From positions 1 to 64,000 of IMG/VR virus record IMGVR_UViG_3300027815_000003: 64,000 nucleotides of DNA. One strand, given 5' to 3'. Each line of letters begins with the position of its first letter. Positions within the stretch are counted from its first letter, which is position 1. The stretch comes from a virus. Shown one piece after another: positions 21,073 through 31,307 of the stretch. The translations under genes were made by a program, and so were the position numbers. Under the pieces are notes generated by a model. The model was not told the DNA's origin, ran no database searches, and was given only the letters and a program-made list of their open reading frames with translations.

Positions 21073-23471
21073 CCAAATAAATCCTTCTTTTCCTGTTCCC
21101 AATCTATATTTACTAATGATCTTGGTGCATTATACATTTTATCATATTTTTCTTTTATATTGTTCGCGGTTTCTTGCGTCATTTTAATAATTGAATTGTT
21201 GCATCCGCAATACCAACATTCTTTTTCTTTTGTTGGGAATGGACATCCACAACCAGCACAAGCTAGAATCATTTAATTATTCCTCATAATTTGACCTTAT
21301 AGTTGGTAATTTTCTTTCTTCCCAATTATTTTTAGCTTCCCAACCAGAGACAAAAGCTCTTACTAATTCCTTTATTTTATCTTCATTTGAAGGATGCATT
21401 AAAACATCAATTCTTTTTAATGTTACTCTTTCTGCCCGATGTCCTTCTTCTACCAAAAAATTATATAGATAATCTATAAATATTGTTTCGCTTATCCAGT
21501 CATCTCGTTCAAAAACAGTTATCCATTTAATTTTACCAGACATTTACATTATTCCTTCCTGAACTAAAAATTCCTTTATGTCCGACATTTTAATAAAAAC
21601 AGATGATTTGCTTCCAAAATTTCTCCCTCCCACATCTATATACAACTGTTTTTCTTTTTCAAAATCCCAAGTCAAAACACCATAATTATTCCCTCTAATA
21701 GTATATAATAAATTATATTGTATCGGAAATCCAAAATCTAATATTTTTTCTTTAGTACCATCTATATTTATATATTCACCAATTTTAATAGGGATATCCC
21801 ATTGCTTCCCTTCTTCATTGTAGGCTGTTATTTGGTTAATCATTTCTTTTTAGTTTTTCTCTTTTTAGATGTACTTTCTTTTCTTACTATTTGTTTAGGC
21901 TTTATAATTTCTGGTTCTTTTTCTTCACCGTCTGTCTCTGTTTTTTGTTCTACTGGTTTATTATTTGATTCCCAATCCGTTATTATATTATTACTTTTTG
22001 CCCAGGATAAAACTTCGCTTATCTTTTCATGTAATTTCTCAATTACTTTTTCACTGGTATGACCAAAAGAGAATTGATAATTAGCAAATTTTATTTTTGA
22101 AGAATCATATACCTTTGTATCATTTTCTAGTGTATGAATTATAATTCCATTTTTTTGTTTTTCAATTTTTTTTGCATGAATTTTTGTCAATTTTTATTAT
22201 ACCGCCTTAAAATCTTTTTCTAAAAAATCACTATATATTTTTTCGTAACCTGTAATCGGGCCACCAATCATTCCCATAATCCAGAGTTTTTTATCTTCGA
22301 AACAATCAAATAAATAATAGGCACAATTTCCCATACTTGGGATGCGCTCAATTAAAAGTTCACCATTTATACTATTACAATTTGGACAAGATATTTCTTT
22401 TGTCATTTTTTTACTTTTTCAACCAGATACAAGTGTCACCCATAGATATATTTTTTTTCCACGCTGATTCTTCTTTTATTACCAAACAAATATATTTATC
22501 TTCTAATCTCTGCGAAGTAGAAAAATAAATATAACTAGATAAAGCTAAAACAACAATAATAACTAAAAATAAACCAAAACAAAAGTTACTTTTCATTCTG
22601 AAAGTATACCACAAATAGGTTACTATGTCAATAGACCTATATCACAATAGCCCCATCTCTTCTGATGATAGGCCAGTCCGACTCTTTTTCAGGCCAAGCA
22701 CCTTCTGGGATATGGACTATTTTTTTATTGGTAGCTATCATTATTGCTTCTTTTATTCTTTGGATAAATCCATCCTCTTGCATTATTGGTTTAATAATTT
22801 TTTTATCACCCCAAATTTGCATCACCAAAATACCTTGTAAATCTTTATCTTGTTTTTTCTCTGGATAAAATTCAGTATCTATATCATACTGGATAATAAG
22901 TTTAATATCTTGTTTTAAGTATCTTATTAAAAATGGTTTTGTTTGTATCAAAATTACCTGCTTTCTTTCATTTTTGTTTCTATTACTGATCCCATTATAG
23001 TTTTATTATTCTGTGGCATTCCACGAAAATAATTTGCAAAATCTTTTTCTATATCTTCTCTCATTTTTTCTAAATTTTTATCATCTATATTTTCCCTATC
23101 TACAAAAACCTTGATGTTGACTTCAATCGTTTCTGTTGTCACGGTAAACTCCTTTTTGGGAATTCCTTTTAATAAATAGCTAGTTTGTTTTATTCTTTAG
23201 AAAGCTGTAATTCCTTTAGAAAATCTGCAAAAATTGGAGGAACTGGTTCACCAAAAATTTCATCATAATTAGCAGCCAAATACATACCAAAAAGAATAAA
23301 CGTCTGTAAATAAAATTCACCAAAATTAGCAATAGAATTATTATATAGTAATTCCGCAGCCATACTTATATCTTGTCTTGCTTGCATTTTATCTAATAAT
23401 TCATTATGCTGTTGTAAAAATTCACCGAATTTATTAAGGATATTATTTGATTCACTAAATGCCTGTTCCAT
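21069..23471 (-). other. block of small hypothetical CDS (21069-21272, 21277-21543, 21544-21843, 21840-22190, 22197-22406, 22411-22614, 22637-22951, 22954-23142, 23190-23471)
   Basis: Contiguous minus-strand ORFs, several with CxxC. Confidence 0.55.
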
Positions 23472-23565
23472 TATCCTCCTTTAAATCTTCATTTCTGCGA
23501 AACTACCATTACTGGTAGAATAAATAATTATCTTTAGATTTGCTGTACGAATAAACGTACACTCA

Positions 23566-23952
23566 TTATATTTTTATTACTCCGAATCCATTTTCGGTTG
23601 TAAAAACGATTCTCTTTATCCCATGTTTTATAGCTTCATTATAACACATTTCACACGGTTTAGCCATTCCAAATTTACCATTTGCACATAATCTAAATAC
23701 ATATAAAATACTACCTTTCATCTTTTCTATAGAAGCGTGTAAATATGTATTTATTTCTGCGTGTATCTTTTTTTTGGGATTATAAGAATTTACTAATGGA
23801 TGAGATTTAAGTGGTAAATTTGGCATAATTGATATAATTTTCCCGTGATTTATAACAATAGCTACAAGACGCCAATGTTGATCAATTAATCTTTCCATAA
23901 TACTCATTGCTAATTTTTGTAGTCGCAGAGAAGGCTCCATATTATTTTTCAT
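23566..23952 (-). CDS. CMP/dCMP deaminase-like zinc-dependent deaminase
   Basis: IHAEIN...MAKPCEMC (HxE...PCxxC). Confidence 0.8.
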   Translation of the reverse strand: MKNNMEPSLRLQKLAMSIMERLIDQHWRLVAIVINHGKIISIMPNLPLKSHPLVNSYNPKKKIHAEINTYLHASIEKMKGSILYVFRLCANGKFGMAKPCEMCYNEAIKHGIKRIVFTTENGFGVIKI

Positions 23953-24026
23953 TTAACTAACCTGCTCATTATTTCTATCGCAAATTCTTTTAACCGCTTT
24001 GGCGGGTCAATAGTATCCATATTGTT

Positions 24027-24233
24027 TTACTCACTTTCTATTTTACTTGTATTATAATTAATTGTTATTACTCTATTATGGTTATCCATAATAATAATTA
24101 ATCTTTGCCAGTTAATTACTATCTCTTTATTCTGTTTTACTCTTTTCCCATTAGCTATAGCATTCATAGCCAAACCATAACTAATTCCATGCTCTTCCAT
24201 TCTTTGTATGGCATGTTTTGTGAAGTATATCAT
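24027..24233 (-). CDS. DUF4258-like small protein
   Basis: IYFTKHAIQRMEEHGIS...VITI pattern. Confidence 0.5.
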   Translation of the reverse strand: MIYFTKHAIQRMEEHGISYGLAMNAIANGKRVKQNKEIVINWQRLIIIMDNHNRVITINYNTSKIESE

Positions 24234-24239
24234 ATACCT

Positions 24240-24284
24240 ATTATACCACATAAACAGATAAAAAGAAATACGTATTTCTACGTA
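24240..24284 (-). promoter_or_regulatory. motif promoter
   Basis: TACGTA-GAAA-TACGTA-TTTCTT-N17-TATAAT. Confidence 0.7.
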
Positions 24285-24460
24285 TTTCCTTGTGAAATCT
24301 GAACTCCAGCCTCGTGTTTATGTCCTATCAAATGGCCTTTTCTTTCTACTGTACCAAGCCCATCTAAAAGAAATTTCAAGCGTTTCTCTGCGTTTTGTCC
24401 AGGTTCATCTTGAATGGTTACAGACCCATCCTTTAGAAATAACAGTGTTATGGTTTCCAT
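24278..24460 (-). CDS. DUF2997-like small protein
   Basis: METITLLFLKDGSVTI...LLDGLG; synteny with DUF1257-like and Ycf46-like genes. Confidence 0.4.
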   Translation of the reverse strand: METITLLFLKDGSVTIQDEPGQNAEKRLKFLLDGLGTVERKGHLIGHKHEAGVQISQGNT

Positions 24461-25114
24461 TTATTTTACCTTCTCTAAATCTTCGTAGCTATGCCAATAA
24501 AAATGACCATTATCTCGTGCTTCATCTAATTCACACAATGACCAATTATTAGCGCGGTTTGTTCTCTCTATATTATAATCAGAGAATTCTATTAAACATT
24601 GTTTATATGATATATTTACCACCTTACCGCATTTTTGGTAATCAAATAGTCTATTATTATTTACTCTTACATAATCACCAATAGAAAATTCAGGCTCTTC
24701 TATTTTAGTAAGTTCTGTAATATCAATGTATGATATACACTCATCTTTATAGCGTATCGTACATTTCGCATTTATAGTGTCTATATAAACAATTTTACCA
24801 TAACCATAATGATATTTACATTTTACATAATCCCCAACCTTAAATTGTGGTTCATCTATTTTTATAAGTTCATTTTGATAAACACTCTGTAATTCATCCC
24901 CAAATTTAATAAAAGCAACAATGCCATAAGAGGGGTATTTAACTACACCAATTTCATTTATACGTTTAGACCATCTCACTTTATCTCCAACTTTTAGTTC
25001 TTTTGCTTCTTTCCACCAAACAACTTTACCATCTATCATAATTCTATCTGCATCCAAATTATGTGAATAAAGTTCTCTCTCACCATCAAAATATGTTATT
25101 TTTGTCATTTTCAT
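24461..25114 (-). CDS. protein with three KOW/SH3-like repeats
   Basis: ELKVGDKVR, QFKVGDYVK and EFSIGDYVR repeats. Confidence 0.6.
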   Translation of the reverse strand: MKMTKITYFDGERELYSHNLDADRIMIDGKVVWWKEAKELKVGDKVRWSKRINEIGVVKYPSYGIVAFIKFGDELQSVYQNELIKIDEPQFKVGDYVKCKYHYGYGKIVYIDTINAKCTIRYKDECISYIDITELTKIEEPEFSIGDYVRVNNNRLFDYQKCGKVVNISYKQCLIEFSDYNIERTNRANNWSLCELDEARDNGHFYWHSYEDLEKVK

Positions 25115-25127
25115 TTCTCTCTTTCTA

Positions 25128-25412
25128 TTATCTAGATAACGTAAGCATTATTGCCCCGTCCTCTTGAACCTTTCTATTTGTTCTATATCCTTTACGTCTT
25201 GCTTCTCTTTCCGCTTTAATTAGACCATATCTTTGTCTTATATCATTTTGAAAAGATAAAGACTTTAATGTAATAATATCTTTTCTTATTGTATAATCTT
25301 TCCCTTCTACTAAAGATAATTCATCCATAGCTTTTTTAGCTAATTCTATATTGTCTAAATCTAATTGTACAGACGTAACTTCTCTTATTCTAACCGATAA
25401 ATAACATGGCAT
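25128..25412 (-). CDS. DUF1257/Ycf35-like protein
   Basis: IRQRYG...EARRKGYR...QEDGAIMLTL C-terminal pattern; next to a Ycf46-type ATPase. Confidence 0.55.
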   Translation of the reverse strand: MPCYLSVRIREVTSVQLDLDNIELAKKAMDELSLVEGKDYTIRKDIITLKSLSFQNDIRQRYGLIKAEREARRKGYRTNRKVQEDGAIMLTLSR

Positions 25413-25428
25413 TAAATATATTCTCCTA

Positions 25429-25671
25429 TCATAATATCAATCTCCGTTTAATTTCACCATTGTCAGTAAGTATTAACTTGTCGTTTTCTTTTTCAAGCAT
25501 TTTTTCTAATCTCTTTTTTAATATTACTAAATATTCAGAAGATGCTATTGAGAGATCCTGTAAAAATACAGGGCCTTTATAACCATGTACTGTTTTTTCG
25601 TAGTTATAATTATAGATAGCTCTCTCTAATGTTGTTATTTTTGTTTGAAGAATAACAATATTTTTATTCAT
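25429..25671 (-). CDS. hypothetical protein ending in GEIKRRLIL
   Basis: 80-aa ORF whose C-terminus is shared with its neighbours. Confidence 0.65.
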   Translation of the reverse strand: MNKNIVILQTKITTLERAIYNYNYEKTVHGYKGPVFLQDLSIASSEYLVILKKRLEKMLEKENDKLILTDNGEIKRRLIL

Positions 25672-26033
25672 TATAAAATTAATCTTCTCTTAATTTCCCC
25701 ATCTTCAGTTAATTCTATGGGTGACTGAGTTTGTTGTACATTTATTTTTGTTCCACCACCACCACCTTTATCTATATAATTTTTAAGAACAGTTAAAGTA
25801 TGGATACAAGAACGTTCCATTTTATTATATACCCATCCAGGACAATCACATGTGTATTCTTCGGTGTCTAATCGTTGTTTTACGGTATAAACTTTCCCAG
25901 TTTTACTAGATTTAGATGGAAATTGTTGGATAACAATATATTCTGACATTATTTTTTTAGCCTTTTCATATTCATCTTTATATTTTATTTTACCCAAGAA
26001 TAAAGGATAAAAATAATCAATTTCTTTATTCAT
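25671..26033 (-). CDS. SWIM zinc-finger protein
   Basis: YTCDCPGW...SCIHT (CxC-xn-CxH). Confidence 0.75.
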   Translation of the reverse strand: MNKEIDYFYPLFLGKIKYKDEYEKAKKIMSEYIVIQQFPSKSSKTGKVYTVKQRLDTEEYTCDCPGWVYNKMERSCIHTLTVLKNYIDKGGGGGTKINVQQTQSPIELTEDGEIKRRLIL

Positions 26034-26039
26034 AAAAAC

Positions 26040-28988
26040 TTATACTTTGATTAACCTTTTTATTTCTCCCTGTTCCACTATCTCTTTTTCTTTTGAAGCA
26101 AATACGGCCCTAGTAGAAGCCCAATCTCGTAATGCTCCAATTTCCTCTTTACGCATTACAGCGAGAGGAACAGTTTTAGAAATAGCCTTTAATATATCTT
26201 CTGTAGTAAACTCTCTATTTTCCGCAAAAGCATAAGTCATAGCTTTTATAATAATAGATTCTAATTCAGCCCCAGAAAATTGTTCTGTAACACTTACTAT
26301 TTTCTGGATATTATAATCTTTAGGTTTTCTATTTTTTCTTGTTATATGGATTTTTATAATTTCTTCACGTTCATTTTCATTAGGTAGGTCAATAAAAAAT
26401 ATTTCATCCCAACGACCAGCCCGCATAAGTTCAGGTGGAAGGTTTTGAATTTGATTTGCTGTAGCCACAACAAATACTGGTCTTTTTTTCTCCTGAAGCC
26501 ATGTTAATAAAGAACCAAAAACACGACTTGTCACTCCAGAATCAGTATTACCACTTCCCCCAACTCCAGACATCCCTTTTTCTATTTCATCTATCCAAAC
26601 AACGCATGGAGCAACAGCATCACATAATTCTATTGCCTTTCTAGTTCTTTCTTCGCTTGCTCCAACCAACCCTTGAAACAATTTGCCAAGATCAAAACGG
26701 ATTAATGGTAATCCCCAATCACTTGCAATAGATTTAGCGCAAAGAGAATTATGATTTATAAATCCATTAGCCACAAATGAATTATTATCTGTGACAGAAA
26801 TATCATATAGATCAACATTACATTGATCAATTTTATTTACTTTGAACCAAAATATGTCACCATGACCATAATAATTTTGTAATTCTTTATTGTCATACGC
26901 ATTCATTTCATTTATAAATGTTTTTAACATATTAGGAGATATAGTTCTATGATTCCCAGAATCCATATAATATCTTCCCCATTTTGTCGCAGCCTTTCTA
27001 TTTGTATTATTGGTTGTAACATAATGTGTGATATCTACCCCGCGTGTTTTTCTACTCAAAAAAAGATTTTTAATAACTTTAGATAAACCAGGAGGATACA
27101 AAGGAAGATTATTTCCTCTATTTAATGGTAATTTATTTTCATTATTTTGTTTCCTAGCTAATCTAAACCCTATATTGTTATAAAATATTTTGGCTTTTTC
27201 ACCAAAAATATCTATATTCCACGCTCCTAAACATTTATTATTTTTAAAATAAAGTCTAGAAATAATACCAAATGACAAAAGTAAATTATGAACATCTCTT
27301 GCTAGTTCTTCACTAGCAGAACAATATTGAATATTACCTCTTTTTTTATCACTATATCCATCCGTATCAAACAATCCCTGTATAAATGCCCTTATTACAG
27401 ATTTTGGAGACTCAAAAATTATATCAGGAACACCTTTATTTTCTGAACGACAACACGCCTGTAATAATCTTAATAATGCCGCTAATTTTGCACTTGAAAT
27501 AATATATCCATATTTAGATGTTTTTAATTTTTTAACCTCTTTAGTATCATTAAATTCAGAAGATAATATATTTTTTACATATTCTAAAATTTCATCATCA
27601 GCAGTAGTAAAACCTAAAGTTGTATTATGTTGATGTTCTGGTTTATCTAATTGTGATAAACTACCGTCTCCATACAGAACCCCTAATAAATATGCTATAT
27701 TTTCATTTATAATAATGGTATCGTTATGTTCTGTTAATATTGTTTTAATTATACCATTACCACCTAAAACTCTACCATTTAATATATTTTTGCTAGTGTC
27801 ATATTTTAAAGATAACGTCTGATAAACACCTTCATAATTATGTCCAACCTTTAATGGTATCCAGACTTCTTGATTTGGATTAATATCTTCGACTTTATGA
27901 TAATCTAAAACACCATCTATTTCGCACCAAATAGGATGCCAGGGAGATGTTTTTATTTGGTAGCCCTGATTAAGATTAATACAATAACCTTGTTTTACAT
28001 CATTTTTAAATATATTTGTTGCATTTTTGATTTCAAATTTATTGGTTCCAGTATTAAATGATACAACATCAATATTTATATTAGATTCTTGTTTTGTGGT
28101 ATTTAATAATGATTTAATTCTTTTCATACCATTACTATACCACAAAATTGAATTTTTGTCAATGCACTTTCCCGTTCCTGGGATACCTATTAATAAAATT
28201 CCTTTAGGGAAAGGCAATCCATATTTCTGCGCCTCCAAACCAAAAGATTCTCTACGATGGGTTAACCATTCTTTTAAATTTTCTAATCCACCAACATCAC
28301 TCATATTAACATCTGGTCTATAAAATTCAAGAATACCACTTTTTGCTACTGTTTTTGCTTTTTCTTCACCTATAAATTTAGAATCTATTCTTTTGTTTTT
28401 TATAATAGATAAAGAAAGAGAATTTTCAAATTCCCAAGTGGTCATTCCTAATCCAGCTTCAACAATTAATTCTCTTTCTTCTTTATTTGGTCTAATTAAT
28501 TTACTATTGACCTCTGAAATACTCTTTAAAATAAAACTAATTTTATCATCTAAAAGTTTTTTATCTGGTAAAGAAAAATCAATTCTTGTTATGTCTCCAA
28601 CAAGTTCTTCTGGAATCTTCCAAATATTCGAAACAAAAATTAAGATTTGTCCTTTTGATCTACCAATTTGAACACAATCTTTTATTAATTGAATCATTTC
28701 TGGGGTATCTATAATTGATGGATAATGGAAATTAACTAGACAATAAACACCATCATCTGGTTTAAGTCTAGTTTTGATAAAATCAACAGGATCTGTTAAC
28801 TTTTTATCTATTGGTCTTGACAAATTATAATCCAAACCATTAGTAATAGACCATGTATGAGATATTCTATTAATAGATTTACAGGCTTCTTCTATTTCTT
28901 TTATAGCCCGCCATTCTTCACGGGCAACGACATAAATACAAGGATATGAAGCCTTAATATAATCCTGTATTTCTTCTTGAAAAGACAT
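26040..28988 (-). CDS. Ycf46-like AAA+ ATPase with intein
   Basis: DVGGLENLKEWL, GIPGTGK[intein]SLCAK Walker A, VVWIDEIEK Walker B, PELMRAGRWDE; probable start MSFQ at 28988. Confidence 0.9.
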   Translation of the reverse strand: MSFQEEIQDYIKASYPCIYVVAREEWRAIKEIEEACKSINRISHTWSITNGLDYNLSRPIDKKLTDPVDFIKTRLKPDDGVYCLVNFHYPSIIDTPEMIQLIKDCVQIGRSKGQILIFVSNIWKIPEELVGDITRIDFSLPDKKLLDDKISFILKSISEVNSKLIRPNKEERELIVEAGLGMTTWEFENSLSLSIIKNKRIDSKFIGEEKAKTVAKSGILEFYRPDVNMSDVGGLENLKEWLTHRRESFGLEAQKYGLPFPKGILLIGIPGTGKCIDKNSILWYSNGMKRIKSLLNTTKQESNINIDVVSFNTGTNKFEIKNATNIFKNDVKQGYCINLNQGYQIKTSPWHPIWCEIDGVLDYHKVEDINPNQEVWIPLKVGHNYEGVYQTLSLKYDTSKNILNGRVLGGNGIIKTILTEHNDTIIINENIAYLLGVLYGDGSLSQLDKPEHQHNTTLGFTTADDEILEYVKNILSSEFNDTKEVKKLKTSKYGYIISSAKLAALLRLLQACCRSENKGVPDIIFESPKSVIRAFIQGLFDTDGYSDKKRGNIQYCSASEELARDVHNLLLSFGIISRLYFKNNKCLGAWNIDIFGEKAKIFYNNIGFRLARKQNNENKLPLNRGNNLPLYPPGLSKVIKNLFLSRKTRGVDITHYVTTNNTNRKAATKWGRYYMDSGNHRTISPNMLKTFINEMNAYDNKELQNYYGHGDIFWFKVNKIDQCNVDLYDISVTDNNSFVANGFINHNSLCAKSIASDWGLPLIRFDLGKLFQGLVGASEERTRKAIELCDAVAPCVVWIDEIEKGMSGVGGSGNTDSGVTSRVFGSLLTWLQEKKRPVFVVATANQIQNLPPELMRAGRWDEIFFIDLPNENEREEIIKIHITRKNRKPKDYNIQKIVSVTEQFSGAELESIIIKAMTYAFAENREFTTEDILKAISKTVPLAVMRKEEIGALRDWASTRAVFASKEKEIVEQGEIKRLIKV
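26748..28166 (-). mobile_element. LAGLIDADG-containing intein (473 aa) in the Walker A loop
   Basis: Starts CIDKNS; LLGVLYGDGS and FIQGLFDTDG motifs; ends FVANGFINHN followed by Ser. Confidence 0.92.
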
Positions 28989-29026
28989 ATTATTTATTAT
29001 CCTAATCATTAAATTATTTTTATTTT

Positions 29027-29100
29027 TGGTTCCCGATGAGAGATTCAAACTCCCCTTTAATGATCCAGAATCATTCGTGTTATCGCTGCACTAATCGGGA
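29027..29100 (-). tRNA. tRNA-Gln(CUG)
   Basis: TCCCGAT/ATCGGGA-A-CCA; AATGA-TTCTGGA-TCATT; T loop TTTGAAT. Confidence 0.85.
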
Positions 29101-29113
29101 AAATTTATATTAT

Positions 29114-29187
29114 TGGAGCGAGTTATCGGATTTGAACCGATGAATCAACTTTGGAAGAGTTGCATATTGCCACTATATTAAACCCGC
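29114..29187 (-). tRNA. tRNA-Gly(UCC)
   Basis: GCGGGTT/AACTCGC-T-CCA; CAACT-CTTCCAA-AGTTG; T loop TTCAAAT. Confidence 0.9.
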
Positions 29188-29188
29188 A

Positions 29189-29263
29189 TGGCTCCTTCTG
29201 CTGGTGACGCTCCAGCCACATCCAAATTAACAGTTTGGCGTTCTACTGCTGAACTAAGAAGGA
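29189..29263 (-). tRNA. tRNA-Asn(GUU)
   Basis: TCCTTCT/AGAAGGA-G-CCA; CCAAA-CTGTTAA-TTTGG; T loop AGCGTCA. Confidence 0.88.
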
Positions 29264-29315
29264 ATGTTATTATATTAATTTATTTATTATCAATCTTCTC
29301 TTTACTTACAAAGAT

Positions 29316-29360
29316 AGTTTATCACAATAGTAATGACTTGTCTATACGTAATCCTACGTA
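29316..29360 (-). promoter_or_regulatory. motif promoter driving the Asn-Gly-Gln tRNA cluster
   Basis: TACGTA-GGAT-TACGTA-TAGACA-N17-TAAACT. Confidence 0.85.
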
Positions 29361-29367
29361 TTTACTT

Positions 29368-29619
29368 TTATTCAGTACTCATACAAAAAGTTACAATAAC
29401 CCCAGCACCAGGGGCAATATTAACAGAACTAAGTATTACTGCACCAGGATGATGTTTTAACCATGAATTTATATATATTTCAGAACTAACTTTTTCAAAA
29501 GCCTTCTGTTCTATTTTTGTACATTTATCTAATTTTAGTGGATCTACTATTACTGGAATAGGAGCAACAGAAGAAGTACATCCAACAAATAAAAATAAAG
29601 CTAAAAATAAAAATTTCAT
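29368..29619 (-). CDS. putative lipoprotein
   Basis: MKFLFLALFLFVGC signal/lipobox. Confidence 0.55.
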   Translation of the reverse strand: MKFLFLALFLFVGCTSSVAPIPVIVDPLKLDKCTKIEQKAFEKVSSEIYINSWLKHHPGAVILSSVNIAPGAGVIVTFCMSTE

Positions 29620-29670
29620 ACTATACCCTTTCTTATCTAAGTCATTTATCTATACGTAAAACTACGTAGT

Positions 29671-30117
29671 TTAACTATAAACCTTCTTATTATGTTCTTG
29701 CCATTCTTCATAATTGTCATATTTTATCCAAGCTATTCTGTTTTCCGCCTCTGGTCTTATTTTTTTTACGATATCAAAAGAATCCAATAAAGATAAATTA
29801 TGATATTTATGCAAATACCAATAAACTACCAATGGACTTCTTTCTATACCCATTGTACAATTTATATTTATATTTGTATTTACAATTATATCATTTATTA
29901 CTGATGCAACCGCATCTAATCTAATTTTAGATATAGATATAGGTTTATCCCAACTTAGCCAATCTTGTTTAGAAAGTAAAGGAATATTAATTGTAGAATT
30001 GGGGACTTCATCTGGTTCTGCCACATTAATTACGACCCAATTATCTTTATCACAATAATATTTTGCTCTTTCGGCAGAAGTAATTTGTATTCTTTTTATA
30101 ACATTTTCTATCAACAT
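29671..30117 (-). CDS. dual-specificity/tyrosine phosphatase-like protein
   Basis: ININCTMGIERSP (CxxGxxRS). Confidence 0.7.
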   Translation of the reverse strand: MLIENVIKRIQITSAERAKYYCDKDNWVVINVAEPDEVPNSTINIPLLSKQDWLSWDKPISISKIRLDAVASVINDIIVNTNININCTMGIERSPLVVYWYLHKYHNLSLLDSFDIVKKIRPEAENRIAWIKYDNYEEWQEHNKKVYS

Positions 30118-30123
30118 AAGGAC

Positions 30124-30168
30124 AGTATACCATATCTAGGAAATAAAAACAATACGTATTTCTACGTA
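30124..30168 (-). promoter_or_regulatory. last motif promoter seen in the window
   Basis: TACGTA-GAAA-TACGTA-TTGTTT-N17-TATACT. Confidence 0.75.
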
Positions 30169-30247
30169 TCTTTTACCTTATAAGTTCTATGATAACATCC
30201 AGGTCATTGTATTATAACAATTATCAAATTTCTTTTCTAAATTATCT

Positions 30248-30415
30248 TTACAATTGTCTACCATATTTCCTTATTTTACTAGCCTCACAATAATCTGGAC
30301 AATGATTTACACAATATCCGCACTCTTCACATTGGCCTCTAATTGGTCTGTCGCAACCTCTAGGACAATACTCTCCAGGTAAAATATGTATATTGCAACA
30401 GCCACATTTATCCAT
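30248..30415 (-). CDS. 55-aa Cys-rich protein
   Basis: MDKCGCCNIHILPGEYCPRGCDRPIRGQCEECGYCVNHCPDYCEASKIRKYGRQL; GGAG SD. Confidence 0.6.
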   Translation of the reverse strand: MDKCGCCNIHILPGEYCPRGCDRPIRGQCEECGYCVNHCPDYCEASKIRKYGRQL

Positions 30416-30617
30416 TTTTATTCTCCAAATAATCTATATATAGCTTACCTAATAAATGATCTGTTTCATGTTGTAAAACTTGGGCTAATAATCCAGTAGC
30501 TTTTTCTATTTTTATCACATCCCAATTTTGTTTACCTAAAACATTTAATAAAATTTGCATTCTTTCTATATCATCTTTTCCATCGCTTTGTAATTCATTT
30601 ACATAATATTCAAACAA
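30408..30617 (-). pseudogene. chimeric ORF carrying only the C-terminal motif of peptide deformylase
   Basis: ATGLLAQVLQHETDHLLGKLYIDYL; GxGxAAxQ and EGCLS motifs absent. Confidence 0.6.
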
Positions 30618-31235
30618 ATTTTATATTTCTTTCATAAACGAACTTTTACCAATCGTATCTGCATCTATACTTACTGGTATTTCTATAAAAACTACTTTCT
30701 TGTTTACCATTTTTTCAAAACAATGAGAACATACAGAAAAACCACTTATCATCATTTCTGTTGGTTGAGAGCAAGTAGTATTACTTTTTTTTGTTATTAC
30801 TGAACATCTCATATCTTCAAATTCCTCCAATAATAATCGTTTATCATCTTCCGTTTTTACAAGCATCACAAAAATCATTACCACCTTTTGTATTTTTTAA
30901 ACACATTTCATAAACATCATCTATTAATTTTATTTTCTTACAAAATTTATTTTTCATTTTTTATTTTCTCTAGAAATTTCATAATATCAAAACTATCATC
31001 TTGTCCAGTAGTACAACTATCCCAGAACATTTTACTTAATCCTTGTTGATCTTTTTCTAATTGTTCTAACTCTATTTTATCTATAGAAATGGATATATCA
31101 GAGATATTTTGTTTTTTCTTCATTTTATTTTACAATTTTTATCGTAATCAATGGCACATCTATTGCCAATGGTTGATCTGAAACAGTTGTTTTAAATCTT
31201 GTCTCGACTAATGCGTTGGTAGTAACCACTTTTAT

Positions 31236-31264
31236 AGTATACCATGTTTAGTTATGGTTGTCAA
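31236..31264 (-). promoter_or_regulatory. sigma70 promoter
   Basis: TTGACA-N17-TATACT. Confidence 0.8.
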
Positions 31265-31282
31265 TACCTCAAAAACAGAATC

Positions 31283-31301
31283 GGCGGGATTTTCACCCGC
31301 C
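31283..31301 (-). terminator. hairpin terminator after the TROVE gene
   Basis: GGCGGG-7nt-CCCGCC followed by a T-rich tract. Confidence 0.65.
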
Positions 31302-31307
31302 TTTCAC

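Noticed and set aside
28989-29048. Extended N-termini in the ORF track (29048, 15736, 3205, 34437, 17647, 16665, 8162)
   Set aside because: They overlap tRNAs, RNAs, promoters or neighbouring genes; downstream starts with better SD sites or spacing were preferred
29647-29668. TACGTA dyad with TAGATA as a promoter
   Set aside because: No -10 hexamer at 16-18 nt spacing; kept only as an orphan site
81-30168. TACGTA-containing repeats as a CRISPR array or REP elements
   Set aside because: Dispersed, irregularly spaced, always in register with -35/-10 boxes; no cas genes or regular spacers
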